From positions 1,661,722-1,725,721 of the forward strand of contig JBHYGA010000001.1 of the NCBI GenBank assembly GCA_051859245.1: DNA of 64,000 nucleotides. Direction: 5' to 3'. The notes below the pieces were generated by a model. The model was not told where the DNA came from. It saw nothing but the letters and a program-made list of their open reading frames with translations, and made no database searches. The position numbers were made by a program, and so were the translations under genes. Origin of the DNA: Gemmatimonadaceae bacterium (lineage in GTDB: Bacteria > Gemmatimonadota > Gemmatimonadetes > Gemmatimonadales > Gemmatimonadaceae). Positions 39,980 through 49,943 of the stretch are shown piece by piece. Numbering within the stretch: position 1 is the stretch's first letter; every line of letters starts with the position of its first letter.

Positions 39980-41057
39980 GGAACGGTTGCGTTTGTATCT
40001 TGAACAGCGTCGCGAACTGGGCGAGTACGATCTGGTACTCGACAAGCTGCCGGTCGCCGATGTGCTCGCTTTGCTGGGAGCGCGTGATGCGTCGACTGCG
40101 TCGAAGACAAGCAGGTCACACGCCACGCCGGATGTGAAACCGCGCGCCACAGAAGTGCGCGAAACACCATCCGTTGCTGCGCCGGCCGAAGCGGTCGCAC
40201 CACCGCCGCCGCCACAACCGCGCTTTGACGAACGCGCGGCGTCGTCCGATTGGCGAGCGGCGCTGAAAGCGTCGGGTGTGACGGGCGCGCCCGGAACGAG
40301 TGCGCCCGTGCCCAACCCGCCCGCGATCAAAGCGGCCGCGATCAAACCGGCCGACGTCAACGTGGCGAACGCCGATGCAGTCGCAGCGGAAACGCCACGG
40401 GATATTGCTCCACCGGCGTGGCTCACGGCACTCGACGTACCGCTTGGACTCAGCGTGATCGCGGCGTCGCGCGCGATGGCCAACGCGCCGCAATCACTCG
40501 CGGACGTCGCGGAAACGGTTGCGCATTGTACCGCGTGTGTGTTGCACACGACGGCGATCAAGTCGGTGCCGGGCGAAGGCAATCCGAACGCGAACTTCAT
40601 GTGCGTTGGAGAAGGCCCTGGTCAGCAGGAAGACGAAACGGGGAAACCGTTTGTTGGTCCGGCCGGTCAGCTGCTCACAAAAATTCTCGGCGCCATTTCG
40701 CTGTCGCGTGATGACGTATTCATTGCCAACGTGGTCAAGCATCGTCCACCGGGCAACCGGGATCCGCTTCCGGTCGAGGTCAAGGCCTGCAGACCATTCC
40801 TCGAGCAGCAGCTGGCACTCGTTCGCCCGCGCGTGATCCTTGCGCTCGGCACCTTCGCGGCTCAAACGTTGCTGGAGACCACGCAACCACTGGGCTCGCT
40901 GCGCGGACAGATTCATCGTTATCACGGCATTCCCTTGATCGTTACGTATCACCCGGCCGCTCTGCTTCGCAACGAAGCGTGGAAGCGTCCCACCTGGCAG
41001 GATGTCCAGTTGGCGCGTCGAATTCATGACGCGTCACTTGCGGCGGACCCGTCGTGA
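39969..41057 (+). CDS. Family 4 uracil-DNA glycosylase with long N-terminal low-complexity linker
   Basis: CTAC, VGEGPG..ED..G.PFVG.AG.LL, NVVKHRPPGNR and TYHPAALLR. GTG start at 39969. Confidence 0.92.
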   Translation: MDAKERLRLYLEQRRELGEYDLVLDKLPVADVLALLGARDASTASKTSRSHATPDVKPRATEVRETPSVAAPAEAVAPPPPPQPRFDERAASSDWRAALKASGVTGAPGTSAPVPNPPAIKAAAIKPADVNVANADAVAAETPRDIAPPAWLTALDVPLGLSVIAASRAMANAPQSLADVAETVAHCTACVLHTTAIKSVPGEGNPNANFMCVGEGPGQQEDETGKPFVGPAGQLLTKILGAISLSRDDVFIANVVKHRPPGNRDPLPVEVKACRPFLEQQLALVRPRVILALGTFAAQTLLETTQPLGSLRGQIHRYHGIPLIVTYHPAALLRNEAWKRPTWQDVQLARRIHDASLAADPS

Positions 41058-42538
41058 CATCGCTCAGCGTACCGTCAAACGCGCCACTCGCACTGGCGCG
41101 TGATCCGTACAAGGACCGGCGTCCACCCTGGTCAGAAGACGCAGAGCGCGCTGTGCTCGGCGCGATGTTGCTCGACTCCGACGCCGTGATGCGTGCGGCC
41201 GAGCACGTGGATGATTCGATGTTCTATCGTGAAGGCCATCGTCGCGTGTTTCGCGCCGCCATGACGCTCACGGAACGCGGCGCCGTTGTCGACACCCTCA
41301 CGCTGGCCGATGAGCTTGAGCGTCGCGGCGAGCTCGAACAAAGCGGCGGACGCGAATACCTGTCGTTCCTTGTGGACGCGGTACCAACCGTGGCCAACGT
41401 GGAGTTTCACGCGCGCATTGTGCGCGAGAAAGCCACGCTGCGGCGCTTGATCGAAACAAGCACCGAGATTGTGCAGGAAGCATTCGAGGGCCGTCAACCG
41501 GCGCACGATCTGCTCGACATGGCGGAGCAGCGCATTTTTGCGCTCGGCCAAACGCGCGACAAGGCGGGATTTGCGCGCGTGAAGGAGCTGTTGTGGCCCG
41601 CCATGGAGAAGCTCGAGCTGCTTGCGCAGCGCGAGAGCGCGATCACCGGTGTGCCGTCGGGCTTTACCGATCTCGACCAGATGCTCTCCGGCTTTCAGCC
41701 GGCCGATCTGGTGATCATTGCCGCCCGTCCTTCCATGGGCAAAACGGCGTTCGTGCTGAACATCGCGCAACACGCTGCTATCACCAGCAAGAAATCGGTT
41801 GCGTTCTTTTCGCTGGAAATGAGTAAAGAATCACTGGTGCAGCGTTTGCTCGCCAGCGAAGCACTCATCGACGCGCAGGCGCTCCGAAAGGGCGGACGCG
41901 CGTTGGATGAGTCGATGCCTCGACTGGCGCAGGCGGCCGGCATCTTGAGTCACGCGCCGATTTTCATTGACGACACGCCTGGACTGGGCATGCTCGAAAT
42001 GCGATCCAAGGCGCGCCGACTCAAAGCGGAAAGCAACCTCGACCTGATCATCGTTGACTACCTGCAGCTCATGTCCGGCCCGGCTGGCTCTGAAAATCGC
42101 CAGCAGGAAGTCTCGCAGATTTCACGAGGGCTCAAAGCGCTCGCGAAGGAGCTTGGCGTGCCGGTGTTGGCGCTGTCGCAGCTCTCGCGTGCGCCTGAGC
42201 AGCGAACAGGTGACGACAAAGGACGGCCGCTGCTGTCCGACCTTCGCGAGTCTGGCGCAATCGAACAGGACGCCGATGTCATTCTCTTCATCTTCCGTCA
42301 GGAAGTGTACGCCGAGCGTGATGAAACGGGACGTCTCAAGGATCCGGGGCTCGAGGGCAAGGCCGAAATCATCATCGGCAAGCAGCGTAACGGTCCGATT
42401 GGCAGCGTTCGATTGTACTTCCACAAGCACTACACGCGATTTGACAACTACAGTGCGCGACAGGAACCCAGCGGACCTCCCAAGAGCTACAATAGCGGCC
42501 CTCGCCTCGTTACGAGTGGCGATGAGCCGCCGTATTGA
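41054..42538 (+). CDS. dnaB: Replicative DNA helicase
   Basis: AARPSMGKT, FFSLEM, IVDYLQLM, LSQLSR, DLRESGAIEQDAD and KQRNGP. No intein. Confidence 0.97.
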   Translation: MTSLSVPSNAPLALARDPYKDRRPPWSEDAERAVLGAMLLDSDAVMRAAEHVDDSMFYREGHRRVFRAAMTLTERGAVVDTLTLADELERRGELEQSGGREYLSFLVDAVPTVANVEFHARIVREKATLRRLIETSTEIVQEAFEGRQPAHDLLDMAEQRIFALGQTRDKAGFARVKELLWPAMEKLELLAQRESAITGVPSGFTDLDQMLSGFQPADLVIIAARPSMGKTAFVLNIAQHAAITSKKSVAFFSLEMSKESLVQRLLASEALIDAQALRKGGRALDESMPRLAQAAGILSHAPIFIDDTPGLGMLEMRSKARRLKAESNLDLIIVDYLQLMSGPAGSENRQQEVSQISRGLKALAKELGVPVLALSQLSRAPEQRTGDDKGRPLLSDLRESGAIEQDADVILFIFRQEVYAERDETGRLKDPGLEGKAEIIIGKQRNGPIGSVRLYFHKHYTRFDNYSARQEPSGPPKSYNSGPRLVTSGDEPPY

Positions 42539-42589
42539 TCGCATGGCTGGTCTTCACGCGCGCGTGTGGTGCGTGAGCGGCGGGGTCGC

Positions 42590-43993
42590 ATGATGGCGCG
42601 AACAAAGTCGGTATATCGGTGCACCGAATGCGGCGCGGATCACTCGCGCTGGGCCGGCCGGTGTGATTCGTGTGGGGCGTGGAACACGCTCAGCGAAGAG
42701 CCCATCGCGCAGGCTGTTGGCAGCCGTCGCTCGCGCGAGCTGGCGCAATCGCATGCCACGGCCGCGAGCATTCGTCTTGATCACGTCACCGGCAGTGAAG
42801 CCACGCGCTGGCGCACCGGGCTCGACGAGTTCGACTTTGTGCTTGGTGGCGGACTCGTACCGGGTGCGATGGTACTCGTGGGCGGTGAGCCCGGCATTGG
42901 CAAGAGCACGCTGTTGCTGCAAGTGGTCGCGCGTCTTGAGGCCGCCGGGCAACGCACCTTGTATGTGTCTGGTGAAGAATCACCGCTTCAGGTGAAGCTG
43001 CGTGCCGAACGACTGGGCGAACAGGCTGGCGGCGTGTCGCTGGTTACCGAAACGCTGCTCGAAACCATTCTGGCCACCGCCAGCGCGCCCGATCCCAACG
43101 ATCCGCGCCCGTTATCGGTACTGGTGGTGGATTCCATTCAGACTGTGCACACCGACGCACTGGAAGGTGCGCCGGGCAACGTGGGGCAGGTACGCGAATG
43201 CGCGTCGCGGCTCATGCGCTTTGCCAAGGAGCGTGGGGTCGCGGTGTTTGTGATTGGTCACGTGACCAAGGGCGGCGGCATTGCCGGTCCCAAGACACTC
43301 GAGCACATCGTGGACACGGTGCTGTACTTCGAGGGTGAGGGTTCACTCGATCATCGCATTCTGCGCGCGACCAAGAATCGTTTTGGCAGCGTCGACGAAA
43401 TCGGCGTGTTCAAAATGGCCGCCACTGGCTTGCTGCCGGTCTCCAATCCGTCCGCGCTGTTTCTCGGCGACCGACAGGATGTGTCCAGTGGCAGCGCGGT
43501 GTGTGCCTTGATGGAAGGCACACGACCAGTGCTGGTGGAAGTGCAGGCACTGGCCGCTCGCGCCGGATTTGGTACGCCACAGCGCGTAGCCAACGGAATT
43601 GACGGACGGCGACTGGCATTGTTGCTCGCCGTACTCGACAAGCGCGGCGGTTTTTCATGCGCGGATCTCGATGTGTTCTGCAATGTGGTGGGTGGGATGC
43701 GCGTGCAGGAGCCGGCCGTTGATCTCGCCGTGGCGTGTGCGATTGCGAGCAGCGTGACCGATCGCCCCTTGCCAGCGCACGCGGTATTCCTGGGTGAACT
43801 CGGACTCGGCGGCGAAGTGCGTGCGGTCACGCAAGTGGAACGTCGGCTTGCCGAGGCCACCAAGCTTGGCATGACCGACGCGTATCTCTCGGAGCGCGCC
43901 GTACCGCGACGTATTCCGCCGGGCATGAAAGTGCACGGTGTGCGAACCCTCGCTGATGTGTTGATGCAAACCATCGGACCGCGCAAGCAATGA
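42590..43993 (+). CDS. radA: DNA repair protein RadA/Sms
   Basis: C4 zinc finger CTECG...CDSCG, GEPGIGKST, KNRFG and a Lon-like C-terminus. Confidence 0.97.
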   Translation: MMARTKSVYRCTECGADHSRWAGRCDSCGAWNTLSEEPIAQAVGSRRSRELAQSHATAASIRLDHVTGSEATRWRTGLDEFDFVLGGGLVPGAMVLVGGEPGIGKSTLLLQVVARLEAAGQRTLYVSGEESPLQVKLRAERLGEQAGGVSLVTETLLETILATASAPDPNDPRPLSVLVVDSIQTVHTDALEGAPGNVGQVRECASRLMRFAKERGVAVFVIGHVTKGGGIAGPKTLEHIVDTVLYFEGEGSLDHRILRATKNRFGSVDEIGVFKMAATGLLPVSNPSALFLGDRQDVSSGSAVCALMEGTRPVLVEVQALAARAGFGTPQRVANGIDGRRLALLLAVLDKRGGFSCADLDVFCNVVGGMRVQEPAVDLAVACAIASSVTDRPLPAHAVFLGELGLGGEVRAVTQVERRLAEATKLGMTDAYLSERAVPRRIPPGMKVHGVRTLADVLMQTIGPRKQ

Positions 43994-44790
43994 CGGACAC
44001 ATCGAAGGATCAGGAAGGCACGCTCGCCGCACCACGTCGCGTGATTCCGCCACCGGTGATCATGTCACGCGGCGAAGCGGCATCACCGGCGTCGATGGAC
44101 ACCTCACGCGACGTGGGCGTCGTGATTGTGGCCGGTGGCTCCGGCTCGCGCGTGGGTGGCGACGAGCTCAAGCAGTTTCGCTGGATTGCCGGACGTCCGG
44201 CGCTCCTGCACAGCGTGCAAACCTTTATGGCGCGACCTGATGTGGCATCGGTTGTCGTCGTGTTGCCAAAGGCGTACGCGGCTGATCCGCCGCCGTGGTT
44301 GTTTCAGTGCGACGTGGATCGATTGCTGGTGTCGGTTGGCGGGCGCGAACGCCACGAGTCGGTGTACAACGGGCTTGAAGATTTGCCGGAGCACGTGCGC
44401 ATCGTGGTGGTGCACGACGCCGCGCGCCCGCTCGTCACCGATGACACAATCGAGCGTGTGGTGACTGCGGCACGAGCGGGTACCGGCGCTGTCGCCGCGT
44501 TGCCCGTGGTCGACACACTCAAGCGCGTTGATGCATCCGGGCGTATCACGGAGACCGTAAGCCGCGAGCAGCTATGGCGCGCACAAACACCGCAGGCGTT
44601 TCCGCGCGATATGCTTGAGCGCGCGCATCACGCGGCGCGCACCGAACGTGTCGGCGCGACAGACGATGCCGGATTGTGCGAGCGCATCGGTGAACCGGTG
44701 ATCGTTGTGCGTGGCTCGGAACGCGCACTCAAGATTACGGAAGAAGCAGATTTTGCACGCGCTGAAGCGCTCAGTCTGCTCACGGAGTAA
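43990..44790 (+). CDS. ispD: 2-C-methyl-D-erythritol 4-phosphate cytidylyltransferase
   Basis: AGGSGSR, KQF, VHDAARP, AQTPQAF, TDD and KIT. The true start may be further downstream. Confidence 0.93.
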   Translation: MTDTSKDQEGTLAAPRRVIPPPVIMSRGEAASPASMDTSRDVGVVIVAGGSGSRVGGDELKQFRWIAGRPALLHSVQTFMARPDVASVVVVLPKAYAADPPPWLFQCDVDRLLVSVGGRERHESVYNGLEDLPEHVRIVVVHDAARPLVTDDTIERVVTAARAGTGAVAALPVVDTLKRVDASGRITETVSREQLWRAQTPQAFPRDMLERAHHAARTERVGATDDAGLCERIGEPVIVVRGSERALKITEEADFARAEALSLLTE

Positions 44791-44796
44791 ACGCGC

Positions 44797-45468
44797 ATGA
44801 AGCACGGCGCGCTCACGGTTCCGTTCTGGTCACCCGCAGAAATCCAGGGAGCGATGCGCGAGATTATCGCGCATCTCGCGGAGCGACGCGTGCTCGCGTA
44901 TCCCACAGAAACGGTGTACGGCTTTGGCACTGCCGTGGATCACGAATCTGTGGAAGCACTGGTACGCATGAAGCGACGACCCGCGTCAAAGCCGTTTCTG
45001 TTGTTGATTGCCGGCAGCGACATGCTCGATCGTTTGGGACTGGTACTGACGCCCTCGGCGGCCAATCTGGCCGCGCGTTTCTGGCCGGGTCCGCTCACCC
45101 TCGTGTTGCCAGGCGGCGATCATCGCGTGCCCGCACGCCTGCGCGGCCCGGAAGGTGGCGTTGCGGTCCGATGGACGCCGCACGAGGGGCTGCAAGCGTT
45201 GTTGCGCGCGTACGGCGAGCCCATCACGTCAACAAGCGCGAACCGGCCAGGCGTGGCACCAGCCAGTGCACCGGGCGAAATTGTGGCGCAGTGGCCGGAC
45301 GAGATTCATCGCGGGCTCCTGATGGTGCTCGATGGCGGTCGTTTGCCGGAGTCACCGCCGTCAACCGTTGTTGACTGCACTGGGCGGCGACCGCGTGTTA
45401 TCCGGCCAGGCGTGTTATCAGCGAACACGCTCCGCGAGTGCGTGTCGGATCTCGTGGGCAACGTCTAG
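44797..45468 (+). CDS. tsaC: L-threonylcarbamoyladenylate synthase (Sua5/YrdC family)
   Basis: YPTETVYG, K.RP..KP, WPGPLT, STSAN and PSTVVD. Confidence 0.92.
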   Translation: MKHGALTVPFWSPAEIQGAMREIIAHLAERRVLAYPTETVYGFGTAVDHESVEALVRMKRRPASKPFLLLIAGSDMLDRLGLVLTPSAANLAARFWPGPLTLVLPGGDHRVPARLRGPEGGVAVRWTPHEGLQALLRAYGEPITSTSANRPGVAPASAPGEIVAQWPDEIHRGLLMVLDGGRLPESPPSTVVDCTGRRPRVIRPGVLSANTLRECVSDLVGNV

Positions 45469-45494
45469 TTCGATCTCTCACACGCGAGTTGCGC

Positions 45495-45965
45495 ATGCAT
45501 GTGTTGTTTGTCTGCACGGGAAATACGTGTCGCAGTCCGCTAGCCGAAGCAATTGCGCGGCACGCGATTGCGGAGCGTGGCATCACGAACATCACGGTGA
45601 GTAGCGCCGGTGTGGCCACGTGGGATGGCGCGGCGGCGTCTGACGGATCGTTGTTGGTCGCGATGGAGCACGGTCTCGACCTGTCCGCACATCGCGCGCG
45701 TCAGCTGACGGCAGAAATCATCGAGTCCAGCGATCTCATTCTGGCCATGGGCGAATCGCATCTGGCGCGGGCCGCTGAGATGGGCGGTGCGACGCGTGCG
45801 CAGTTGCTCACAAGCTTCGCCACGAAGGGCAGGAGCGATGCGTCAGTCGGTGATCCGTTCGGCGGCGACCTTGGCGTGTATCGCGATACGTACGAAGAGT
45901 TGCACACGCTCGTGCACGCGACACTTGATCGGATTGTGAACGATCAGGAACCGTTCTCACGATAA
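45495..45965 (+). CDS. Low-molecular-weight protein phosphatase, YwlE-type (arginine) signature
   Basis: VCTGNTCRS P-loop and DPFGG general-acid loop. Confidence 0.88.
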   Translation: MHVLFVCTGNTCRSPLAEAIARHAIAERGITNITVSSAGVATWDGAAASDGSLLVAMEHGLDLSAHRARQLTAEIIESSDLILAMGESHLARAAEMGGATRAQLLTSFATKGRSDASVGDPFGGDLGVYRDTYEELHTLVHATLDRIVNDQEPFSR

Positions 45966-45986
45966 TCGATCGTTGAGCGATTACGG

Positions 45987-46877
45987 ATGCCTGAGTCCGT
46001 CGTGACTACGCCTGCCGTGCCATCGCAGCTTGTGCTGCTCGGGCATCCCGTGTCGCACTCCATGTCGCCGCGCTTTCAGCAGCGGGCGCTTGATGTGGCG
46101 GGGATCAATGTGCGGTACACCGCGCGCGACACGCCGCCAGAGCAACTGGCGAGCGTGCTGCGAGAACTCGCTGAGGTTCGCGCGGCAGGGAACGTCACGA
46201 TTCCGCACAAGGAAGCGATGGTGTCGTTGTGCACGCATCTCACACCGATGGCGCAGCGAGTGGGTGCGGTCAACACGTTCTGGCATACAGAGCGTGGTGA
46301 GTTGGTTGGCCACAACACGGATGTCGCGGGCGTTGCGGCCGCCGTTCTTGCGTTGCTGCAAGTGATGGACCGCACTGATGACCGAGAAGTCCGAATCGGG
46401 CGTGTGGCGGTGGTCGGCGCCGGCGGTGCCGCTGCGAGCGCTTTGGTGGCGCTTGTGACGTTGCACGAGTTTCTTTTCACGGGCGAGTACTCACCCAGCA
46501 TCAGCATTGCTTCGCGCACCCAATCCCGCGCGCAACGGCTGGTCGAGCAATTGAAGATCCCCGCGCACATCGCCGCGAGTAGTGACGAAGCCGTGCGCGA
46601 CGCGGACCTCGTTATCAACGCGTCGCCCGTTGGCATGCTGGACAGTGAGATGCCGGTGCGCCCTGAATCGCTCGCGTCGCACGCCGCCGTGCTCGATCTT
46701 GTGTACAAGGCTGGTGAGACGACCTGGGTGCAGGCCTGTCGTGCACGTGGGCATCGCGCTGAAGACGGCCTGCGCATGTTGGTGGAGCAGGGCGCAGAGG
46801 CGTTCCGCTGCTGGTTCGGCGTGGAGCCGGACGTCTCCGCCATGTGGAGCGTGCTTGAACCGAGACCGTTCGCGTAA
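45987..46877 (+). CDS. aroE: Shikimate dehydrogenase
   Basis: HSMSP, NVTIPHK, AVNT, NTD, GAGGAA and GLRMLVEQG. Confidence 0.93.
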   Translation: MPESVVTTPAVPSQLVLLGHPVSHSMSPRFQQRALDVAGINVRYTARDTPPEQLASVLRELAEVRAAGNVTIPHKEAMVSLCTHLTPMAQRVGAVNTFWHTERGELVGHNTDVAGVAAAVLALLQVMDRTDDREVRIGRVAVVGAGGAAASALVALVTLHEFLFTGEYSPSISIASRTQSRAQRLVEQLKIPAHIAASSDEAVRDADLVINASPVGMLDSEMPVRPESLASHAAVLDLVYKAGETTWVQACRARGHRAEDGLRMLVEQGAEAFRCWFGVEPDVSAMWSVLEPRPFA

Positions 46878-47710
46878 TGCGCACGATCGAGCGGCGTGTT
46901 CGAACGCTGGCCCGGGGTATGGCGGAACTGTTGCTGCCCCGCGCCTGTGCGGTGTGCAGAGCGCTGCTCGATGCGCGTGTGACCGGACTGGTCTGCCAAA
47001 CCTGCTGGGCGCGATGCGAAAATTTTCCGGAGCCGGTGTGCGCGCGCTGCGGCCATCCGAGACAGTCGCTGCCCGGCGTACGGGTTTCGGCGGTTCGTGA
47101 TGCACCGCACACGGACGACGGCTTCGCCAAGTGCCGATGGTGCCCTCGACTTCCCCCGACGGTTCGCGCGCTGCGTTCGGCCGCCCGCCTCGATAGCGGC
47201 ACGGCCGGCGCCATTGTGCATGCGCTCAAGTACGGACGTTGGAGCGGCGTGGCCGACGAAATGGGGACCCGCATGGCGCGACTGTCGTTTCCACCCGACG
47301 TGGTTGCCGAACGCGTGGCACTCGTTCCGATCCCCCTGGCGAGCAGCCGGGAGCGCGAACGTGGCTTCAATCAAAGCCTGGCGCTCGCTCAGGCGGTCAG
47401 TCGCCATTGGGACATTCCGGTGTGGCCTGATATCCTTCAGCGTTCCCGTGAAACGCGCTCGCAAACGCGGTTGACACCCTCAGAGCGCGCGAGCAACGTT
47501 TCCGGGGCATTTGTTGCACCGCAGGGCACGCACGAACGGCTGCGGGGGGCACATCTCGTGCTCATCGACGACGTGATCACGACCGCCGCCACGCTCAACG
47601 CGGCCGCACGGGCACTTACGCTGGGCGGCGCTCGCATTCTCAGCTATCTCACATTCGGCCGCGCACCCGATGCGGGTGATCGGTCGGTCCACGCTTCGGA
47701 TACGGACTGA
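46877..47710 (+). CDS. ComF family protein (double zinc ribbon + PRTase)
   Basis: Four CxxC motifs, RERGFNQ and LVLIDDVITT. Confidence 0.9.
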   Translation: MRTIERRVRTLARGMAELLLPRACAVCRALLDARVTGLVCQTCWARCENFPEPVCARCGHPRQSLPGVRVSAVRDAPHTDDGFAKCRWCPRLPPTVRALRSAARLDSGTAGAIVHALKYGRWSGVADEMGTRMARLSFPPDVVAERVALVPIPLASSRERERGFNQSLALAQAVSRHWDIPVWPDILQRSRETRSQTRLTPSERASNVSGAFVAPQGTHERLRGAHLVLIDDVITTAATLNAAARALTLGGARILSYLTFGRAPDAGDRSVHASDTD

Positions 47711-47715
47711 ATTCC

Positions 47716-48729
47716 ATGGCCATTCGCGTTGGCATTAACGGCTTCGGCCGCATTGGGCGACAAGTACTGCGTGCTGCCAAGCAGCAGGGTGTTGCCGATC
47801 TCGACTTCGTCGCGATCAACGACCTCACCGACACCAACACGCTCGCGCATCTGTTCAAGTACGACTCGGTGCACGGCACATACGACGGACAGGTGACGGC
47901 CGATGCGGACAGCATCACCGTGGACGGTGATCGCATTCGCATTCTGGCCGAACGCGAGCCAGGAAAGCTGCCGTGGAAGGACCTGGGCGTCGATATCGTA
48001 CTCGAAGCCACGGGCCGCTTCACCAAAGCCGCAGACGCACGCAAGCACATGGAGGCCGGCGCGAAGAAGGTGATCATCTCGGCGCCCGCTACGGACGAAG
48101 ACATCACCATCGTGATGGGTGTGAACAGCGAAAAATACGACAACGCGTCGCACCACATTATCTCGAACGCGTCGTGCACCACCAACTGCCTGGTGCCGAT
48201 GGTCAAGGTCGTGCGTGACAACTTCGGTTTTGTGCACGGCAGCATGGTCACCATTCACAGCTACACCAACGATCAGAGCATTCTCGATCTACCGCACAAG
48301 GATTTGCGTCGCGCGCGCGCGGCGGCCGTGTCAATGATTCCAACAACGACCGGTGCGGCGAAGGCCACGTCACTCGTGATTCCGGAAGTGAAGGGATTGA
48401 TCGACGGCATGAGCGTGCGTGTTCCAACGCCTGACGTATCGCTCACCGACCTGACGTGCGTTGTTGAACGCAAGGTCACCAAGGAAGAAGTGAACGCGGC
48501 CTTCAAGTCGGCATCGGAATCCGGCGCACTCGAAGGGGTGCTCGGCTACAGCGAAGTGCCACTTGTTTCGATTGACTACGTGGGCAATCCGAACTCGTGC
48601 ACGCTCGACGCACTCAGCACCACCGTCATCAACGGCACACTGGTCAAGCTCTCCGGTTGGTATGACAACGAGTGGGGCTACAGCAGCCGCTGTGTTGATC
48701 TCCTGCGCTACGTCGGCGCTCGCCTTTAA
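47716..48729 (+). CDS. gap: Type I glyceraldehyde-3-phosphate dehydrogenase
   Basis: INGFGRIGR, SNASCTTNCL and WYDNEWGY. Confidence 0.98.
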   Translation: MAIRVGINGFGRIGRQVLRAAKQQGVADLDFVAINDLTDTNTLAHLFKYDSVHGTYDGQVTADADSITVDGDRIRILAEREPGKLPWKDLGVDIVLEATGRFTKAADARKHMEAGAKKVIISAPATDEDITIVMGVNSEKYDNASHHIISNASCTTNCLVPMVKVVRDNFGFVHGSMVTIHSYTNDQSILDLPHKDLRRARAAAVSMIPTTTGAAKATSLVIPEVKGLIDGMSVRVPTPDVSLTDLTCVVERKVTKEEVNAAFKSASESGALEGVLGYSEVPLVSIDYVGNPNSCTLDALSTTVINGTLVKLSGWYDNEWGYSSRCVDLLRYVGARL

Positions 48730-48740
48730 TCCGTACAGAC

Positions 48741-49940
48741 ATGTCAGCGCGCACGGTTCGCCATCTGACTGACGCCGAGGTGCGCGGTCAGCGCGTCCTC
48801 GTGCGCGTCGATTTTAATGTTCCACTTGATGAACAGGGGCACGTGGCCGACGCCACGCGCATTCTGGCTGCCAAGCCCACGATCGCGTATTTGCTCGATC
48901 GTGGGGCGAAGGTGGTGCTGCTCTCGCACTTTGGTCGACCCAAGGGTGCGCCAAACGCGAAGTATTCGCTACAGTCTGTCGTTGCGCGCCTCACCAGTGC
49001 GCTAGCGCCGCATGCGGTGTCCTTCTTCGGCGAAACCGTTGGGCCGGCCGCCGTTGCAGCGACGAAAGCGCTCGCCAACGGAAGCGTGCTGTTGCTGGAG
49101 AACACACGCTTTCATGCGGGCGAAGAAGCGAACAGTGACGCCTTCGCGCGTCAGCTCGCCGAACTGGGCGATGTGTATGTGAATGATGCGTTCGGCGCCG
49201 CGCATCGCGCGCATGCCAGTACTGCCGGCGTGACGCAATATGTGCGCCCTGCGGTTGCCGGCCTGCTTATGGAACGTGAGCTCGCATTTCTTGGCGACGC
49301 GCTCGACAAGCCCGACCATCCGTTTGTTGCGGTGCTCGGCGGCGCCAAGATCTCTGGCAAGATCGATGTGATCGAAGCGCTGTTGCCGAAGGTCGATCGC
49401 TTGCTTATTGGCGGCGCGATGGCGTGCACGTTCTTCAAGGCGATGGGACTCGAAACGGGCGCGTCGCTCGTGGAAGCGGATCGTGTTGACATGGCGCGCG
49501 ATCTGATTGCACGCGCCGGCGCCAAGCTGCGATTGCCAACCGACGCGATGGTCTCCACCTCAATGGACGACGCCACCCGCGCCCATGCGGTGTCACGCGA
49601 CGGGATTACAACGACCGAGGCCATGTTTGACATTGGCCCCGATTCGATCAAAGTGTTCTCCGCGGACGTGGAGAATGCGCGCACCGTGCTGTGGAACGGC
49701 CCCATGGGTGTCTTTGAAAAGCCGCCCTTTGACAAGGGAACGCGTGCGATCGCGGACGCGATGGCGCGTGCCACCGACCGAGGCGCCGTCACGATCGTTG
49801 GCGGTGGTGATTCAGCCGCCGCGATTGCCGAGGCCGGACTTGAATCGAAACTCACGCACATCTCCACCGGAGGCGGTGCGTCACTCGAGTTTCTCGAAGG
49901 CAAAACGCTCCCCGGAGTGGCTGCACTTGATCAGGAGTAG
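48741..49940 (+). CDS. pgk: Phosphoglycerate kinase
   Basis: RVDFNVP, LLENTRF, NDAFGAAHR, WNGPMGVFE and STGGGASLE. Confidence 0.98.
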   Translation: MSARTVRHLTDAEVRGQRVLVRVDFNVPLDEQGHVADATRILAAKPTIAYLLDRGAKVVLLSHFGRPKGAPNAKYSLQSVVARLTSALAPHAVSFFGETVGPAAVAATKALANGSVLLLENTRFHAGEEANSDAFARQLAELGDVYVNDAFGAAHRAHASTAGVTQYVRPAVAGLLMERELAFLGDALDKPDHPFVAVLGGAKISGKIDVIEALLPKVDRLLIGGAMACTFFKAMGLETGASLVEADRVDMARDLIARAGAKLRLPTDAMVSTSMDDATRAHAVSRDGITTTEAMFDIGPDSIKVFSADVENARTVLWNGPMGVFEKPPFDKGTRAIADAMARATDRGAVTIVGGGDSAAAIAEAGLESKLTHISTGGGASLEFLEGKTLPGVAALDQE

Positions 49941-49943
49941 TTG

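Noticed and set aside
39969..41057. UdgX (covalent uracil-DNA binding protein)
   Set aside because: It lacks GEQPG and the KRRIH loop.
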